From positions 1 through 54,578 of the forward strand of contig CBDUSP010000002.1 of the NCBI GenBank assembly GCA_965370365.1: 54,578 nucleotides of DNA. Direction: 5' to 3'. Below are positions 46,545-54,578 of this stretch, one piece after another. The notes under the pieces are model-generated. The model searched no databases. It was not told the DNA's origin and saw nothing but the letters and a program-made list of their open reading frames with translations. Within the stretch, counting starts at the first letter, position 1, and every line of letters begins with the position of its first letter. The position numbers were made by a program, and so were the translations under genes. The stretch comes from an uncultured bacterium. GTDB taxonomy: Bacteria > Chlamydiota > Chlamydiia > Chlamydiales > SM23-39.

Positions 46545-47636
46545 TATCCAAATTCCTTTAAGTAAGCATTTACAAAGTCGTCGATGTCACCATCCATTAC
46601 GGTTTGGATATCTCCTTTTTCAACTTTAGTTCTTGTGTCTTTTACCAAAGTATAGGGCTGAAATACATAATTGCGAATTTGACTTCCCCAGGCAATGTCT
46701 TTTTTCTCACCACCCATTGCAGAGATTTTTGCTTGGCGCTCATTTACCTCTTTTTCATAAAGCTTGGACTGAAGCATCTTCATACACGTCTCGCGATTTT
46801 GAATCTGGCTTCTTTGACTCTGGCAAGAAACGACAATTCCCGAAGGGATATGGGTCATTCGTACAGCGGAATCTGTCTTATTCACGTGCTGACCACCCGC
46901 ACCTGAGGCTCGATAGGTATCTACCCGGACATCTTCAGGATTTACAGCAACTTCAACATCGTCAACAATCGGAATCACATCAACGGAGGCAAAACTAGTG
47001 TGTCTTTTAGCATTCGAATCAAAAGGAGAAATTCTCACCAACCGATGAACCCCCTTTTCCGATTTACAATATCCAAAAGCAAAAGGAGCGCTGAAACGAA
47101 AGGTAATGCTTTTGATGCCAGCAACATCGCCCTCAAGCCTGTCGACAATCTCGACCTTCCAGCCTTTACGCGTTGCATAGCGCTGATACATTCGCGAAAG
47201 CATAAGCGCCCAGTCGCACGATTCTGTGCCGCCTGCGCCTGCATTGATCTCTAAATAGCAATCCTTGCCATCGAGCTCTCCCGAAAGCATTTTCCGCACT
47301 TCAAGATCGCTTAACCTCTTATCGAGAGACTCAAGAGACTCCATAAGCTCCTGAACCAGGTCACTATCGCCAAGATCGATTGCTTCTGGCAAAAGCTCCT
47401 GCACGTCCTGAAACTGGGCCTTAATCTCCTGATAGGGAACAGTCCACAACTTAAGCTCATTGCTCTCCTGGACGACTTTCTGCGCCTCCTCCTGATTGTC
47501 CCAAAAAGAGGGTTCGGCCATCTTTTGATCTAACTCTTTGACTTTCTGCTCCTTAACAGCTAAGTCAAAGATACCTCCACATGTCAGAGAGGCGCTTGCC
47601 AATTGCGTGGATTTTTTCTTGCGTAGTCTGATCCAT
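46544..47636 (-). CDS. prfB: Peptide chain release factor 2, with a programmed +1 frameshift
   Basis: Frame 0 encodes MDQTTQEKIHAIGKRLSDMWRYL and then TGA. After a +1 shift at CTT TGA C the sequence continues DLAVKEQKVKELDQKM...SGAGGQHVNKTDSAVR (GGQ motif) and SPF at RISPFDSNAKRHTSFASV. The coding segments are 47568..47636 and 46544..47566. Confidence 0.95.
47564..47578 (-). promoter_or_regulatory. RF2 autoregulatory frameshift site
   Basis: The minus strand reads GGAGG TAT CTT TGA C. This is an internal SD-like element, a 3-nt spacer, the slippery CTT, then a UGA stop followed by C. Confidence 0.9.
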
Positions 47637-47829
47637 AATCCCTTCCCAGTAAGACGGTTATTCTATCACCGGGCCAAACTCAAGGTCAATGGCTGTGTTG
47701 AATCATTCACCCAAATCACTACAGCCCCACGAAGTATCGCACAGATAATCAAGGACTTACGATGAATTTCCCAATACAGCTCTTTGTACCGAACAAAAAG
47801 GAAATTACCTTTGTTAGCGCTAAAAACTA

Positions 47830-47858
47830 TTCAAAAACTTATCGTAATGTGTTATAAT
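47830..47858 (+). promoter_or_regulatory. Candidate sigma70-type promoter for the MORN-repeat gene
   Basis: TTCAAA (47830..47835), a 17-nt spacer ending in TGT, then TATAAT (47853..47858). Its position argues against the TTG start at 47860. Confidence 0.45.
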
Positions 47859-47922
47859 TTTGTTATATAGTAAACCACCAATACTTGATTGTAAAATAAT
47901 AACATTTTCCAGGGCTTTAATA

Positions 47923-49551
47923 ATGTTAATTCACGTCACATCTCACCCTAACAGCGACACACCTGACAGCTTGCTAAAGAGTATGAAGAAGGAAAGAGGT
48001 CTCTATTTTACAGCAATGCATCGGATTTGGCAGGCCTCTCGGGAAAATGAGAGGATAATAAAAAATTTGACTGATCCAGACGGTACCCACTACAGGGGTA
48101 CTCTTCGAAATGGCAAGCCACAGGGGCAGGGAACGTTGACTTTTGCAAATGGTGATTTCTATGAGGGAGACTTTGTTAACAACAAACTAACAGGCAAAGG
48201 AACTTACTCTTGGGCCACTGGAGATACCTATGAGGGAGACTTTGATAACGGCCAACCAACAGGCATAGGAACTTTTATTTGGCCCAATAGAAATATCTAT
48301 AAGGGAGACTTTGTTAACGGCCAACGCACAGGCATAGGAACTTTTACTTGGGCCAATGGAAATATCTATAAGGGAGACTTTGATAACGACCAACGCACAG
48401 GCATAGGAACTTTTACTTGGGCCAATGGAGATACCTATGAGGGAGACTTTGATAACGGCCAACGCACAGGCACAGGACCTTTTATTTGGCCCAATGGAGA
48501 TATCTATAAGGGAGACTTTGATAACGACCAACGCACAGGCATAGGAAGTTTTATTTGGCCCAATGGAGATATCTATAAGGGAGACTTTGTTAACGGCCAA
48601 CGCACAGGCATAGGAAGTTTTATTTGGGCCAATGGAGATACCTATAAGGGAGACTTTGATAACGGCCAACCAACAGGCAAAGGAACTTTTACTTGGGACA
48701 ATGGAGATACCTATGAAGGCCTTTATGTCAGAGGTTTTGCAAATCCCACGATTGACCATTTAAACACCCCGTTATCTATTAAGCTATTACTGGGGCAAGA
48801 ATCTTCTGGTGTTATGTGTGGATTTGCTACGGGAGTCATGTATCAGTATTTGCTTCAAACTGGCTATAAAAAAGAGGGGGACTCTTTGAAGTCAGCACAT
48901 GAAGTTTCACTCTCTACTCAAACTCAGAAAAACGCACATGCAAAAAAGATTCATGATCAATTACTTCAGGGCGAGTCCCAATTGTTAGCCTATGGATTTA
49001 ACGAACATGCGATGGGGCTTCGCCTCTCTTCTGATAAGCACTACGTCTACTGCAGCATCTTTAATTCTGGTGATGGACTGTCACCTTATCATGAAAAAGA
49101 AAAAACGACTGAAAGCGGAAACCCTAAATATCAAACAATGCGATGCATCCGGGTTCCCATAAACAGCATGACACCTGAAAAAATTGAGGAATTTTTAAAT
49201 TTTCAGGAGTTCGATAATGTAGAGTCCGCTTACAAGGCCATTTTCCAAATGCAAGGAGCCAGAACTGTAGTATTCTCAAATGAGGAAGCCGTTTGGCAAA
49301 CGCCACAAAAAAGTGAGAACTGTGCACTTGAGTGGATTTTTGCTTACTTAAAAAATACAATGTCCCATCTCGACTATACTAAACTGCGCTTAGAACTCTT
49401 TGAACACTGCAGGTCTATAGCAGAAACAGCCTCCTGGGCCACACAAGAAATGAAAACAGAACTCGATAGAAAGATCGAGAAAAGACAAAATAAACTGAAC
49501 TTGCTCCGTTCTTTGACTATTCCTCCACAGAAAAGCAAAGGAACTATTTAA
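47923..49551 (+). CDS. MORN-repeat protein with an uncharacterised C-terminal domain
   Basis: About 9.5 consecutive 23-aa MORN units (YxGDFxNGQRTGxGTFxWxNGDx) are followed by about 270 aa containing GQESSGVMCGFATG, NEHAMGLRL and FNSGDG. Confidence 0.8.
   Translation: MLIHVTSHPNSDTPDSLLKSMKKERGLYFTAMHRIWQASRENERIIKNLTDPDGTHYRGTLRNGKPQGQGTLTFANGDFYEGDFVNNKLTGKGTYSWATGDTYEGDFDNGQPTGIGTFIWPNRNIYKGDFVNGQRTGIGTFTWANGNIYKGDFDNDQRTGIGTFTWANGDTYEGDFDNGQRTGTGPFIWPNGDIYKGDFDNDQRTGIGSFIWPNGDIYKGDFVNGQRTGIGSFIWANGDTYKGDFDNGQPTGKGTFTWDNGDTYEGLYVRGFANPTIDHLNTPLSIKLLLGQESSGVMCGFATGVMYQYLLQTGYKKEGDSLKSAHEVSLSTQTQKNAHAKKIHDQLLQGESQLLAYGFNEHAMGLRLSSDKHYVYCSIFNSGDGLSPYHEKEKTTESGNPKYQTMRCIRVPINSMTPEKIEEFLNFQEFDNVESAYKAIFQMQGARTVVFSNEEAVWQTPQKSENCALEWIFAYLKNTMSHLDYTKLRLELFEHCRSIAETASWATQEMKTELDRKIEKRQNKLNLLRSLTIPPQKSKGTI
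48091..48734 (+). repeat. 69-bp coding tandem array (MORN units) with high nucleotide identity between units
   Basis: Strings such as GGCATAGGAACTTTTACTTGGGCCAATGGA and TATAAGGGAGACTTTGATAACGACCAACGCACAGGC recur at a 69-nt period. Confidence 0.9.
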
Positions 49552-49663
49552 CAACTAAGAAGTTAAAATCATTAAATGATGCCCGAGATTGCTGAAAAAT
49601 GGTCACTTCCATTTTATGGTAATTTCTGGAACCTTCAACTCCAAAAACACAACCTGCTTATTA

Positions 49664-51535
49664 CTAATTACTTACAGTGATTTTTTTCACCTTCTCCTTA
49701 GACAAACGATCTCCCTTCGTCTTCACAGACTTAACAGGAAACTCCTTGAAGGTGTGCGTTTTCTTGCCCTTTGCAAAGCGAAGCTCTATGTGAGACTTTG
49801 GGTTTACGTTGATCCCCTCTAAAATCATCCCCTCATCAAAGTAGCGATACTCCTTATCGAGGATAAACTTATCAACGACGAATCTTTTTGCCCAAACAAT
49901 CCCCGTCTTCTTTTCCTTGTAAAGGACGTTGATGATCGTCTTTTTATCTGCGACACCAACCCAAATTGCCCCTTCAAAGTACTGCTTTGTCGGGATGCTT
50001 GTTACCTTGTAGGTGCCGTCTTTATGGAAAATGAGAATCTTATCAAAATTCGTACATGAAACTTGTGTCTCTCCAGAGACTTTGGTTCCCACGTATCCTG
50101 TTTTTGGATCAAAGCCAACTTTGACTTTTTTCGTCTTAATCGCTTTAAGATCAATCTCCTCGATCGCCTTTACTTTAGTTTTTCGAGGAAAATCCTTTCC
50201 GTATTTTTCAATCAGATCCTTCAAGTAACGGATCGTATATTTTTTGATATTTTTTAGGTTTTTCTCAACTCCCAGCAAGGTCTCTTTCAGCAAGACAATC
50301 TCTTCCTTGTTTTTGCTAATATCAAATTGGGAGATACGCCGAATCGGAATCTGAAGGAGCCTTTCGCGATCTTCTCTAGACGGCGCTCGCAGTAGCTTTT
50401 TTCGATGTGCTTTAAACGCACTCTCGAGCATCTCATGAATCGCTTCGAGGGTTTTAATGGGCTCGATCTTTTTATAAATGCGATTCTCAATAAAGATCCT
50501 CTCGAGTGTCTTATAAAAAACTTTCTCGTGAAGCCGCTCTTTTTCAATTTGGAGCTCTCGTTTTAAATACTCGACAATTTTGGTTGCGTGATACGTGATA
50601 ATCTCATGGACATCCGTCTCCCAAGGCATCCCATCTTTGATGACGACCAGTTGGGATGACAGAGACACCTCACACTCGGTAAACGCGTAGAGCTCATCTA
50701 AAAGCTCTTCCGCGTACTGCCCGCGCGGCAATTTGATCTCAATCTCAACTTTCCTCGAGGTATAATCATTGATCGCCTCGATCTTGATTTTTCCTTTTTT
50801 GGCAGCTTCATCAATTGAACGGATTAGACTCTCTGTCGTTGTCGCATAGCAAATCTCTCGGATAACAAGCGTTTTTGGATCCACAATATCGATCTTTGCA
50901 CGAAGCTTGACTTTGCCTTTCCCTTTAGCGTAGTCACTTTTGTCCATGATCCCGCCCGTTGGAAAATCGGGAAAGACGTTAAACTTTTTCCCCTCAATAC
51001 AGGCAATTTCAGCCTCTAAAAGTTCCGTGAAATTGTGGGGCAAAATGCGCGTGGACATGCCAACTGCGATTCCATCAGCTCCTTGCATGAGTAGAAGAGG
51101 GATTTTTGCAGGAAGAACGACAGGCTCATCGTTTCTCCCATCGTAGGAGGGGATTTTTTCTGTAAGATCTGGGTTAAATAGAGTGGCTCTTGCCAAAGGA
51201 GACAGTCTTGTTTCAATGTAACGCGAGGCAGCTGCTGGATCTCCCGTATAAATATTTCCAAAATTCCCCTGGCGATCGAGCAAAAAACCTTTGTTTGCAA
51301 GCGTTACAAGCGCTTCATAGATCGCAGCATCTCCATGAGGATGCAGCTGCATCGTCTGTCCAACAATATTTGCAACTTTATGGAGCTTTTCATCGTTTTG
51401 TCGAAAAAGGGTCTCTAAGATCCGCCTTTGCACTGGCTTTAGCCCATCGACCACATTTGGGATCGCGCGATCGCAAACGACATACGAGGCGTATTGGAGG
51501 AAGTAATCTTTCATCTGCTCTTTCAGATCACTCAT
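49664..51535 (-). CDS. parC: Type IIA topoisomerase subunit A (ParC-like, short C-terminal domain)
   Basis: Motifs are VVDGLKPVQRRIL, LHPHGDAAIYEALV and the active-site region AASRYIETRL. It is 623 aa, shorter than GyrA. Confidence 0.8.
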   Translation of the reverse strand: MSDLKEQMKDYFLQYASYVVCDRAIPNVVDGLKPVQRRILETLFRQNDEKLHKVANIVGQTMQLHPHGDAAIYEALVTLANKGFLLDRQGNFGNIYTGDPAAASRYIETRLSPLARATLFNPDLTEKIPSYDGRNDEPVVLPAKIPLLLMQGADGIAVGMSTRILPHNFTELLEAEIACIEGKKFNVFPDFPTGGIMDKSDYAKGKGKVKLRAKIDIVDPKTLVIREICYATTTESLIRSIDEAAKKGKIKIEAINDYTSRKVEIEIKLPRGQYAEELLDELYAFTECEVSLSSQLVVIKDGMPWETDVHEIITYHATKIVEYLKRELQIEKERLHEKVFYKTLERIFIENRIYKKIEPIKTLEAIHEMLESAFKAHRKKLLRAPSREDRERLLQIPIRRISQFDISKNKEEIVLLKETLLGVEKNLKNIKKYTIRYLKDLIEKYGKDFPRKTKVKAIEEIDLKAIKTKKVKVGFDPKTGYVGTKVSGETQVSCTNFDKILIFHKDGTYKVTSIPTKQYFEGAIWVGVADKKTIINVLYKEKKTGIVWAKRFVVDKFILDKEYRYFDEGMILEGINVNPKSHIELRFAKGKKTHTFKEFPVKSVKTKGDRLSKEKVKKITVSN

Positions 51536-53348
51536 GGATATCCCTCAAATTTTCCATAATTAAAGCCTTACGAGCCGGCGTATTTTTTCCCATATAAAAG
51601 TTAAGCGTTGGCTTCACGTCACTCAATTGCTGAATCACGATCGGAATCAGTCGTATATCTTTTCCAATAAATTGCCCAAACTCGTCTGGTGAAATCTCTC
51701 CAAGTCCTTTGAACCGAGTGATTTCAATTCCTCTTTTAAGCTCTTTTTCAGCGCGGGCTTTTTCTTCCTCTGAGTAGCAATAAAAAGTTTTTTCCTTGTT
51801 TCTCACCTTAAAAAGAGGCGTCTCGAGGATATAGAGATGTCCATTTAAAACCAGGCTCTCGAAATAGGTCAGAAAAAACGTGATGAGAAGATTACGGATA
51901 TGCATGCCATCGACATCCGCATCGGTTGCAAGGATCACTTTGTTGTATCTGAGTGAACTCAAATCCTCTTCGATATTTAGAGCTGACATGAGATTGTACA
52001 TCTCTTCATTTTTGTAGAGTTGATCCATCTTCATGCCGTGGACATTGAGGGGTTTTCCTCTTAGAGAAAAGACGGCTTGGGTAAGAGGGTTACGGCTCAT
52101 GAGGATCGATGCAGAAGCAGAGTCTCCTTCTGTTAAAAAGATGACCGACTTATCCCCTTCCCGGCTCTTGTCATTGAAGTGAAATTTTGAATCGCGCAGT
52201 TTTGGAATTTTGAAAGAAATTTTCTTCTGCTTTTCTTTGGCTTCTTTTCGAACAGAGGCGAGTTCCTTGCGCAGCTTTTCGTTAAAGAGAGTTCTTTCAA
52301 GTATTTTTTTTGCAACCCCTTCATTTTTATGAAGAAGGTGCAGCACAGCATCCTTGACTTCTTGGACAACGACACCTCGAAGATCACTGTTAGATAGTTT
52401 ATTCTTGGTCTGCGACTCGAATACGGGATTTTTCACTTTAACAAGAACGGCACCCACGATCCCTTCGCGAACATCGACACCCTGAAAGCTTTTTTTCGCA
52501 TACTCATTCACGCCCTTTAACAAACCCTCTCTAAAGCCAGAAAGGTGCGTTCCTCCGTCTTTGGTGTACTGCCCATTTGCAAAGGAAAAGTAAGTCTCCC
52601 CATAGTTCGATGAGTGAAGAAATGCAAACTCAAGAAATTTACCACGATAATAGAGGGGTTCATAGAGACTTTCTTCCTGAACTTCTTTATTGAGCAGATC
52701 AAAAAGACCGTTCTTCGAAGCAATGGTCTCTTTATTAAAGACGAGCGCAAACCCAGTATTTAGATACGCATAATACCACAGCCTTTTGAGAATCAATTCC
52801 TTCTGAAAGCGGAATTTTTTAAAGATTTCTGTATCTGGCGTAAACTCAACCCACGTCCCGTCTTCTTCCTTCGTTTTTCCTTTTTTTTGGCCCTTCAAAA
52901 TGCCTCTTGAGAACCTTGCCTCAACAAATTTTCCATCGCGTATGCTTCTTACAATAAAGTGAGAAGAAAGAGCGTTTACTGCTTTTGTCCCGACTCCGTT
53001 AAGTCCAACGGAAAATTGAAAAACATCATCGTTGTACTTAGCACCGGTATTGATCTTGCTCACGCACTCGATCACCTTGCCGAGGGGAATGCCTCTTCCC
53101 CAGTCGCGAACAGAGACCGTGGATGTTTTTTCATCGAGTTTGATCTCTACTTTTTTCCCATTTCCCATGATGAATTCATCAACAGCATTGTCAATAATTT
53201 CTTTGATCATGATGTAGATGCCATCATCTGGGTGTGATCCATCTCCGAGCCTTCCAATGTACATCCCTGGGCGAAGTCGAATATGAGCAAGAGCATCGAG
53301 TGACTGAATTGCTTTTTCATCGTATTTTTTAGCCATATACTTATTCAT
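51528..53348 (-). CDS. parE: Type IIA topoisomerase subunit B (ParE-like)
   Basis: Motifs are LAHIRLRPGMYIG, IIDNAVDE, GLNGVGTKAVNALS, the Toprim block LTEGDSA and TDADVDGMHI. Translation from the start at 53348 begins MNKYMAKKYDE. The track start at 53432 would leave only 15 nt to the divergent ORF. Confidence 0.85.
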   Translation of the reverse strand: MNKYMAKKYDEKAIQSLDALAHIRLRPGMYIGRLGDGSHPDDGIYIMIKEIIDNAVDEFIMGNGKKVEIKLDEKTSTVSVRDWGRGIPLGKVIECVSKINTGAKYNDDVFQFSVGLNGVGTKAVNALSSHFIVRSIRDGKFVEARFSRGILKGQKKGKTKEEDGTWVEFTPDTEIFKKFRFQKELILKRLWYYAYLNTGFALVFNKETIASKNGLFDLLNKEVQEESLYEPLYYRGKFLEFAFLHSSNYGETYFSFANGQYTKDGGTHLSGFREGLLKGVNEYAKKSFQGVDVREGIVGAVLVKVKNPVFESQTKNKLSNSDLRGVVVQEVKDAVLHLLHKNEGVAKKILERTLFNEKLRKELASVRKEAKEKQKKISFKIPKLRDSKFHFNDKSREGDKSVIFLTEGDSASASILMSRNPLTQAVFSLRGKPLNVHGMKMDQLYKNEEMYNLMSALNIEEDLSSLRYNKVILATDADVDGMHIRNLLITFFLTYFESLVLNGHLYILETPLFKVRNKEKTFYCYSEEEKARAEKELKRGIEITRFKGLGEISPDEFGQFIGKDIRLIPIVIQQLSDVKPTLNFYMGKNTPARKALIMENLRDIHE

Positions 53349-53447
53349 AACATTTTCTGATTTTTCTCTCGATACCTGAGATGTTTTTTCATTGATATAA
53401 AAACAATTGAGGCAATAAAATACCGCCGCCAAAACCGGAAATTTTTC

Positions 53448-54578
53448 ATGAAACTTCAGTTCAAGAACTACACACTCCCACTTTCAGAGTTTGTAGCGAC
53501 GACCTGTAAGATTATCCGTCAAATACCTGCAGATTTAGTCCGCTATCTCATTAAACTTATGCAGTTTGTGTCTTCAACAATTTCTGGATATTTCCGCTCC
53601 GCAGTTCCAAAACCCTTAAATGTTGTCCTCCAAAAAGAAGCTCCCTTTCAGATAAGAACTCTTCTTGTGACAGACGATCCTAATGGCGTTCGCATAAAAG
53701 AACAGACGGTTAAAGAAGCTCTTTCTCAGGCAAAAAGTCTTCGTGTAATACACGATCCTAATGGCGTTCGCATAAAAGAAGCTCCCTCTCAGACAAGAAC
53801 TCTTCGTGTGACAGATGATCCTAATGGAGTTCGCATAAAAAAACAGACGGTTAAAGAAGCTCTTTCTCAGACAAAAAATCTTCGTGTAATACACGATCCT
53901 GATGGGGCTCGCATAAAAAAACGAGTAGTTGCAGAGCCTAAAAGCAAAGAGTCTTGGGATGCTACAGATGTTGCAATGGCTGCTTTGTTCATCATCCCTA
54001 TCGCTTTTGGGGGGGGCGTCTGCTTGCGCGCACTTTCCCTTGGAAGCCAAGCTCTTTCCCGAGGATTAATCTCTAGAGTTTCTGTTCCATCAAGCATCAA
54101 GGAGCAAATGCTTGCCTCTCTTCCTCTGATGTCCAACACAGGCGTTGATCTATGTTATAAATCGGATAGATTTGCAGGCTCAACTACAGAAGATCCACTC
54201 GAGGAACCAACTACATGTTCCTTTACTCCAAAGGACTTTCAGCTTCTGCCTACTGACACCATCAGTCCACACACAGCTCCTGCCACCCAAGAGAAACCAA
54301 CCCCAACCATTGCTCCCGTCTCTCCAGAAGCTTCTCAAGTTCTATCTACCGATACGACTATCCAACACACAGCTTTCTCTTCTTCAGAAAAACCAACACA
54401 AACCACTGCCCCCTCTACTCAGGAAACCTCTCAAGTTCGACCTACTAGAAACAACGCCCAACACACAGCTTCCTTTCCTTCAGAAAAACCAACACAAACC
54501 ACTGCCCCTTCTACTCAGGAAATCTCTCAAGCTCGACCTACTAGAAACAATGCCCAACACACAGCTTTCTCTTCTTCA
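53448..54578 (+). CDS. Repeat-rich membrane protein, 3'-truncated by the window edge and absent from the ORF track
   Basis: Hand translation from the ATG at 53448 is open for 377 codons to the end of the window. It reads MKLQFKNYTLPLSEF... and then a (KEAPxQxRTLxVTDDPNGVRI / KxQTVKEALSQxKxLRVIHDPxGxRI) pair occurring twice. A TM segment VAMAALFIIPIAFGGGVCL follows, then Pro/Thr/Gln-rich 32-aa repeats. Confidence 0.7.
   Translation, partial: MKLQFKNYTLPLSEFVATTCKIIRQIPADLVRYLIKLMQFVSSTISGYFRSAVPKPLNVVLQKEAPFQIRTLLVTDDPNGVRIKEQTVKEALSQAKSLRVIHDPNGVRIKEAPSQTRTLRVTDDPNGVRIKKQTVKEALSQTKNLRVIHDPDGARIKKRVVAEPKSKESWDATDVAMAALFIIPIAFGGGVCLRALSLGSQALSRGLISRVSVPSSIKEQMLASLPLMSNTGVDLCYKSDRFAGSTTEDPLEEPTTCSFTPKDFQLLPTDTISPHTAPATQEKPTPTIAPVSPEASQVLSTDTTIQHTAFSSSEKPTQTTAPSTQETSQVRPTRNNAQHTASFPSEKPTQTTAPSTQEISQARPTRNNAQHTAFSSS
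53637..53918 (+). repeat. 141-bp coding tandem repeat x2
   Basis: GAAGCTCCCT[T/C]TCAGA[T/C]AAGAACTCTTC recurs at 53637 and 53778. GATCCTAATGG[C/A]GTTCGCATAAAA occurs three times, with a fourth diverged copy, GATCCTGATGGGGCTCGCATAAAA. Confidence 0.85.
54270..54578 (+). repeat. 96-bp coding tandem repeat, at least 3.2 units, continuing past the window
   Basis: CACACAGCT recurs at 54270, 54366, 54462 and 54558. The later units are near-identical (SEKPTQTTAPSTQExSQxRPTRNNAQHTA). Confidence 0.85.

Noticed and set aside
48091-48734. Regular 69-bp periodicity here, and 141-bp and 96-bp periodicities at 53637..54578, considered as possible CRISPR arrays.
   Set aside because: There is no alternation of constant repeats with unique spacers. 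The whole unit repeats, the periods are multiples of 3, and the arrays lie in frame within long ORFs that encode protein repeats. No cas genes are nearby.
48187-48759. 190-aa minus-strand ORF opposite the MORN array.
   Set aside because: Its periodic sequence (…ISIGPNKTSYACALAV…) is simply the reverse-complement reading of the 69-bp MORN repeats. The plus-strand frame has clear MORN homology and a plausible promoter.
49596-49615. Short AT-rich hairpin (AAAATGG / CCATTTT) between the convergent MORN and parC genes, considered as a terminator.
   Set aside because: The stem is only 7 bp, mostly A/T, with no distinct U-tract beyond the stem. It is too weak to call.
53616-54139. Two minus-strand ORFs (144 aa and 90 aa) listed in the track.
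   Set aside because: They are low-complexity, repeat-mirroring sequences (FFYANAIRIV…) that lie antisense to a longer plus-strand ORF. That plus-strand ORF has a TM segment, in-frame tandem repeats and a clean ATG. I judged the minus-strand ORFs to be shadow ORFs.

Overview
This is a 54.6-kb chromosomal window, roughly 40-45% GC by eye. Its gene content points to an environmental, amoeba-associated type of Chlamydiae. The indicators are a SWIB-domain protein, a plant-plastid-type glycerol-3-phosphate acyltransferase, proteins with Inc-like bilobed hydrophobic segments, a MORN-repeat protein, a eukaryote-like ERG4/ERG24 sterol reductase and a short ParC/ParE-like topoisomerase pair. This taxonomic call is inference from gene content only.

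About 55 protein genes are supported, and most are housekeeping: rpsD, murJ, cutA, uvrC, rpmJ-rpsN, rpmH-rnpA, pcrA/uvrD, tdk, dsbB plus a DsbA-like gene, pcnB, lpxB, ligA, glgB, alr, yceD-rpmF-plsX, RNase G, GPAT, M16 insulinase, yebC, prfB with its classic +1 frameshift, and a topo IV-like pair. I found no rRNA, tRNA, CRISPR array, transposase, integrase or recognisable defence or toxin-antitoxin module.

Hand translation recovered features absent from the ORF track: rpmJ, rpmH, rpmF, a 45-aa membrane peptide, and a >376-aa repeat-rich ORF that runs off the 3' edge.

The most unusual content is structural:
- (i) A 161-bp MITE-like terminal-inverted-repeat family has three full copies, one partial copy and three solo ends. 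All full copies sit in 5' intergenic regions.
- (ii) An unrelated 141-bp palindromic element is inserted in frame inside cutA, in the manner of Rickettsia palindromic elements.
- (iii) The only canonical start of rnpA lies 7 nt upstream of rpmH and out of frame with it, so rpmH is fully nested.
- (iv) pcnB has no ATG/GTG/TTG start. The likely start is ATT, placed just after a 13-codon uORF.
- (v) An 89-bp duplication of the 3' end of the insulinase gene brackets a 0.6-kb insertion.
- (vi) Several candidate host-directed proteins are present: a membrane-anchored EEP phosphodiesterase next to a membrane-anchored GH1, a Cys/His-rich ORF bounded by solo repeat ends, a hendecad-repeat coiled-coil protein, and a MORN protein with a possible Cys-His-Asp/Asn domain.

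None of these is a clearly novel multi-gene system. All functional interpretations beyond motif-level homology are inference.
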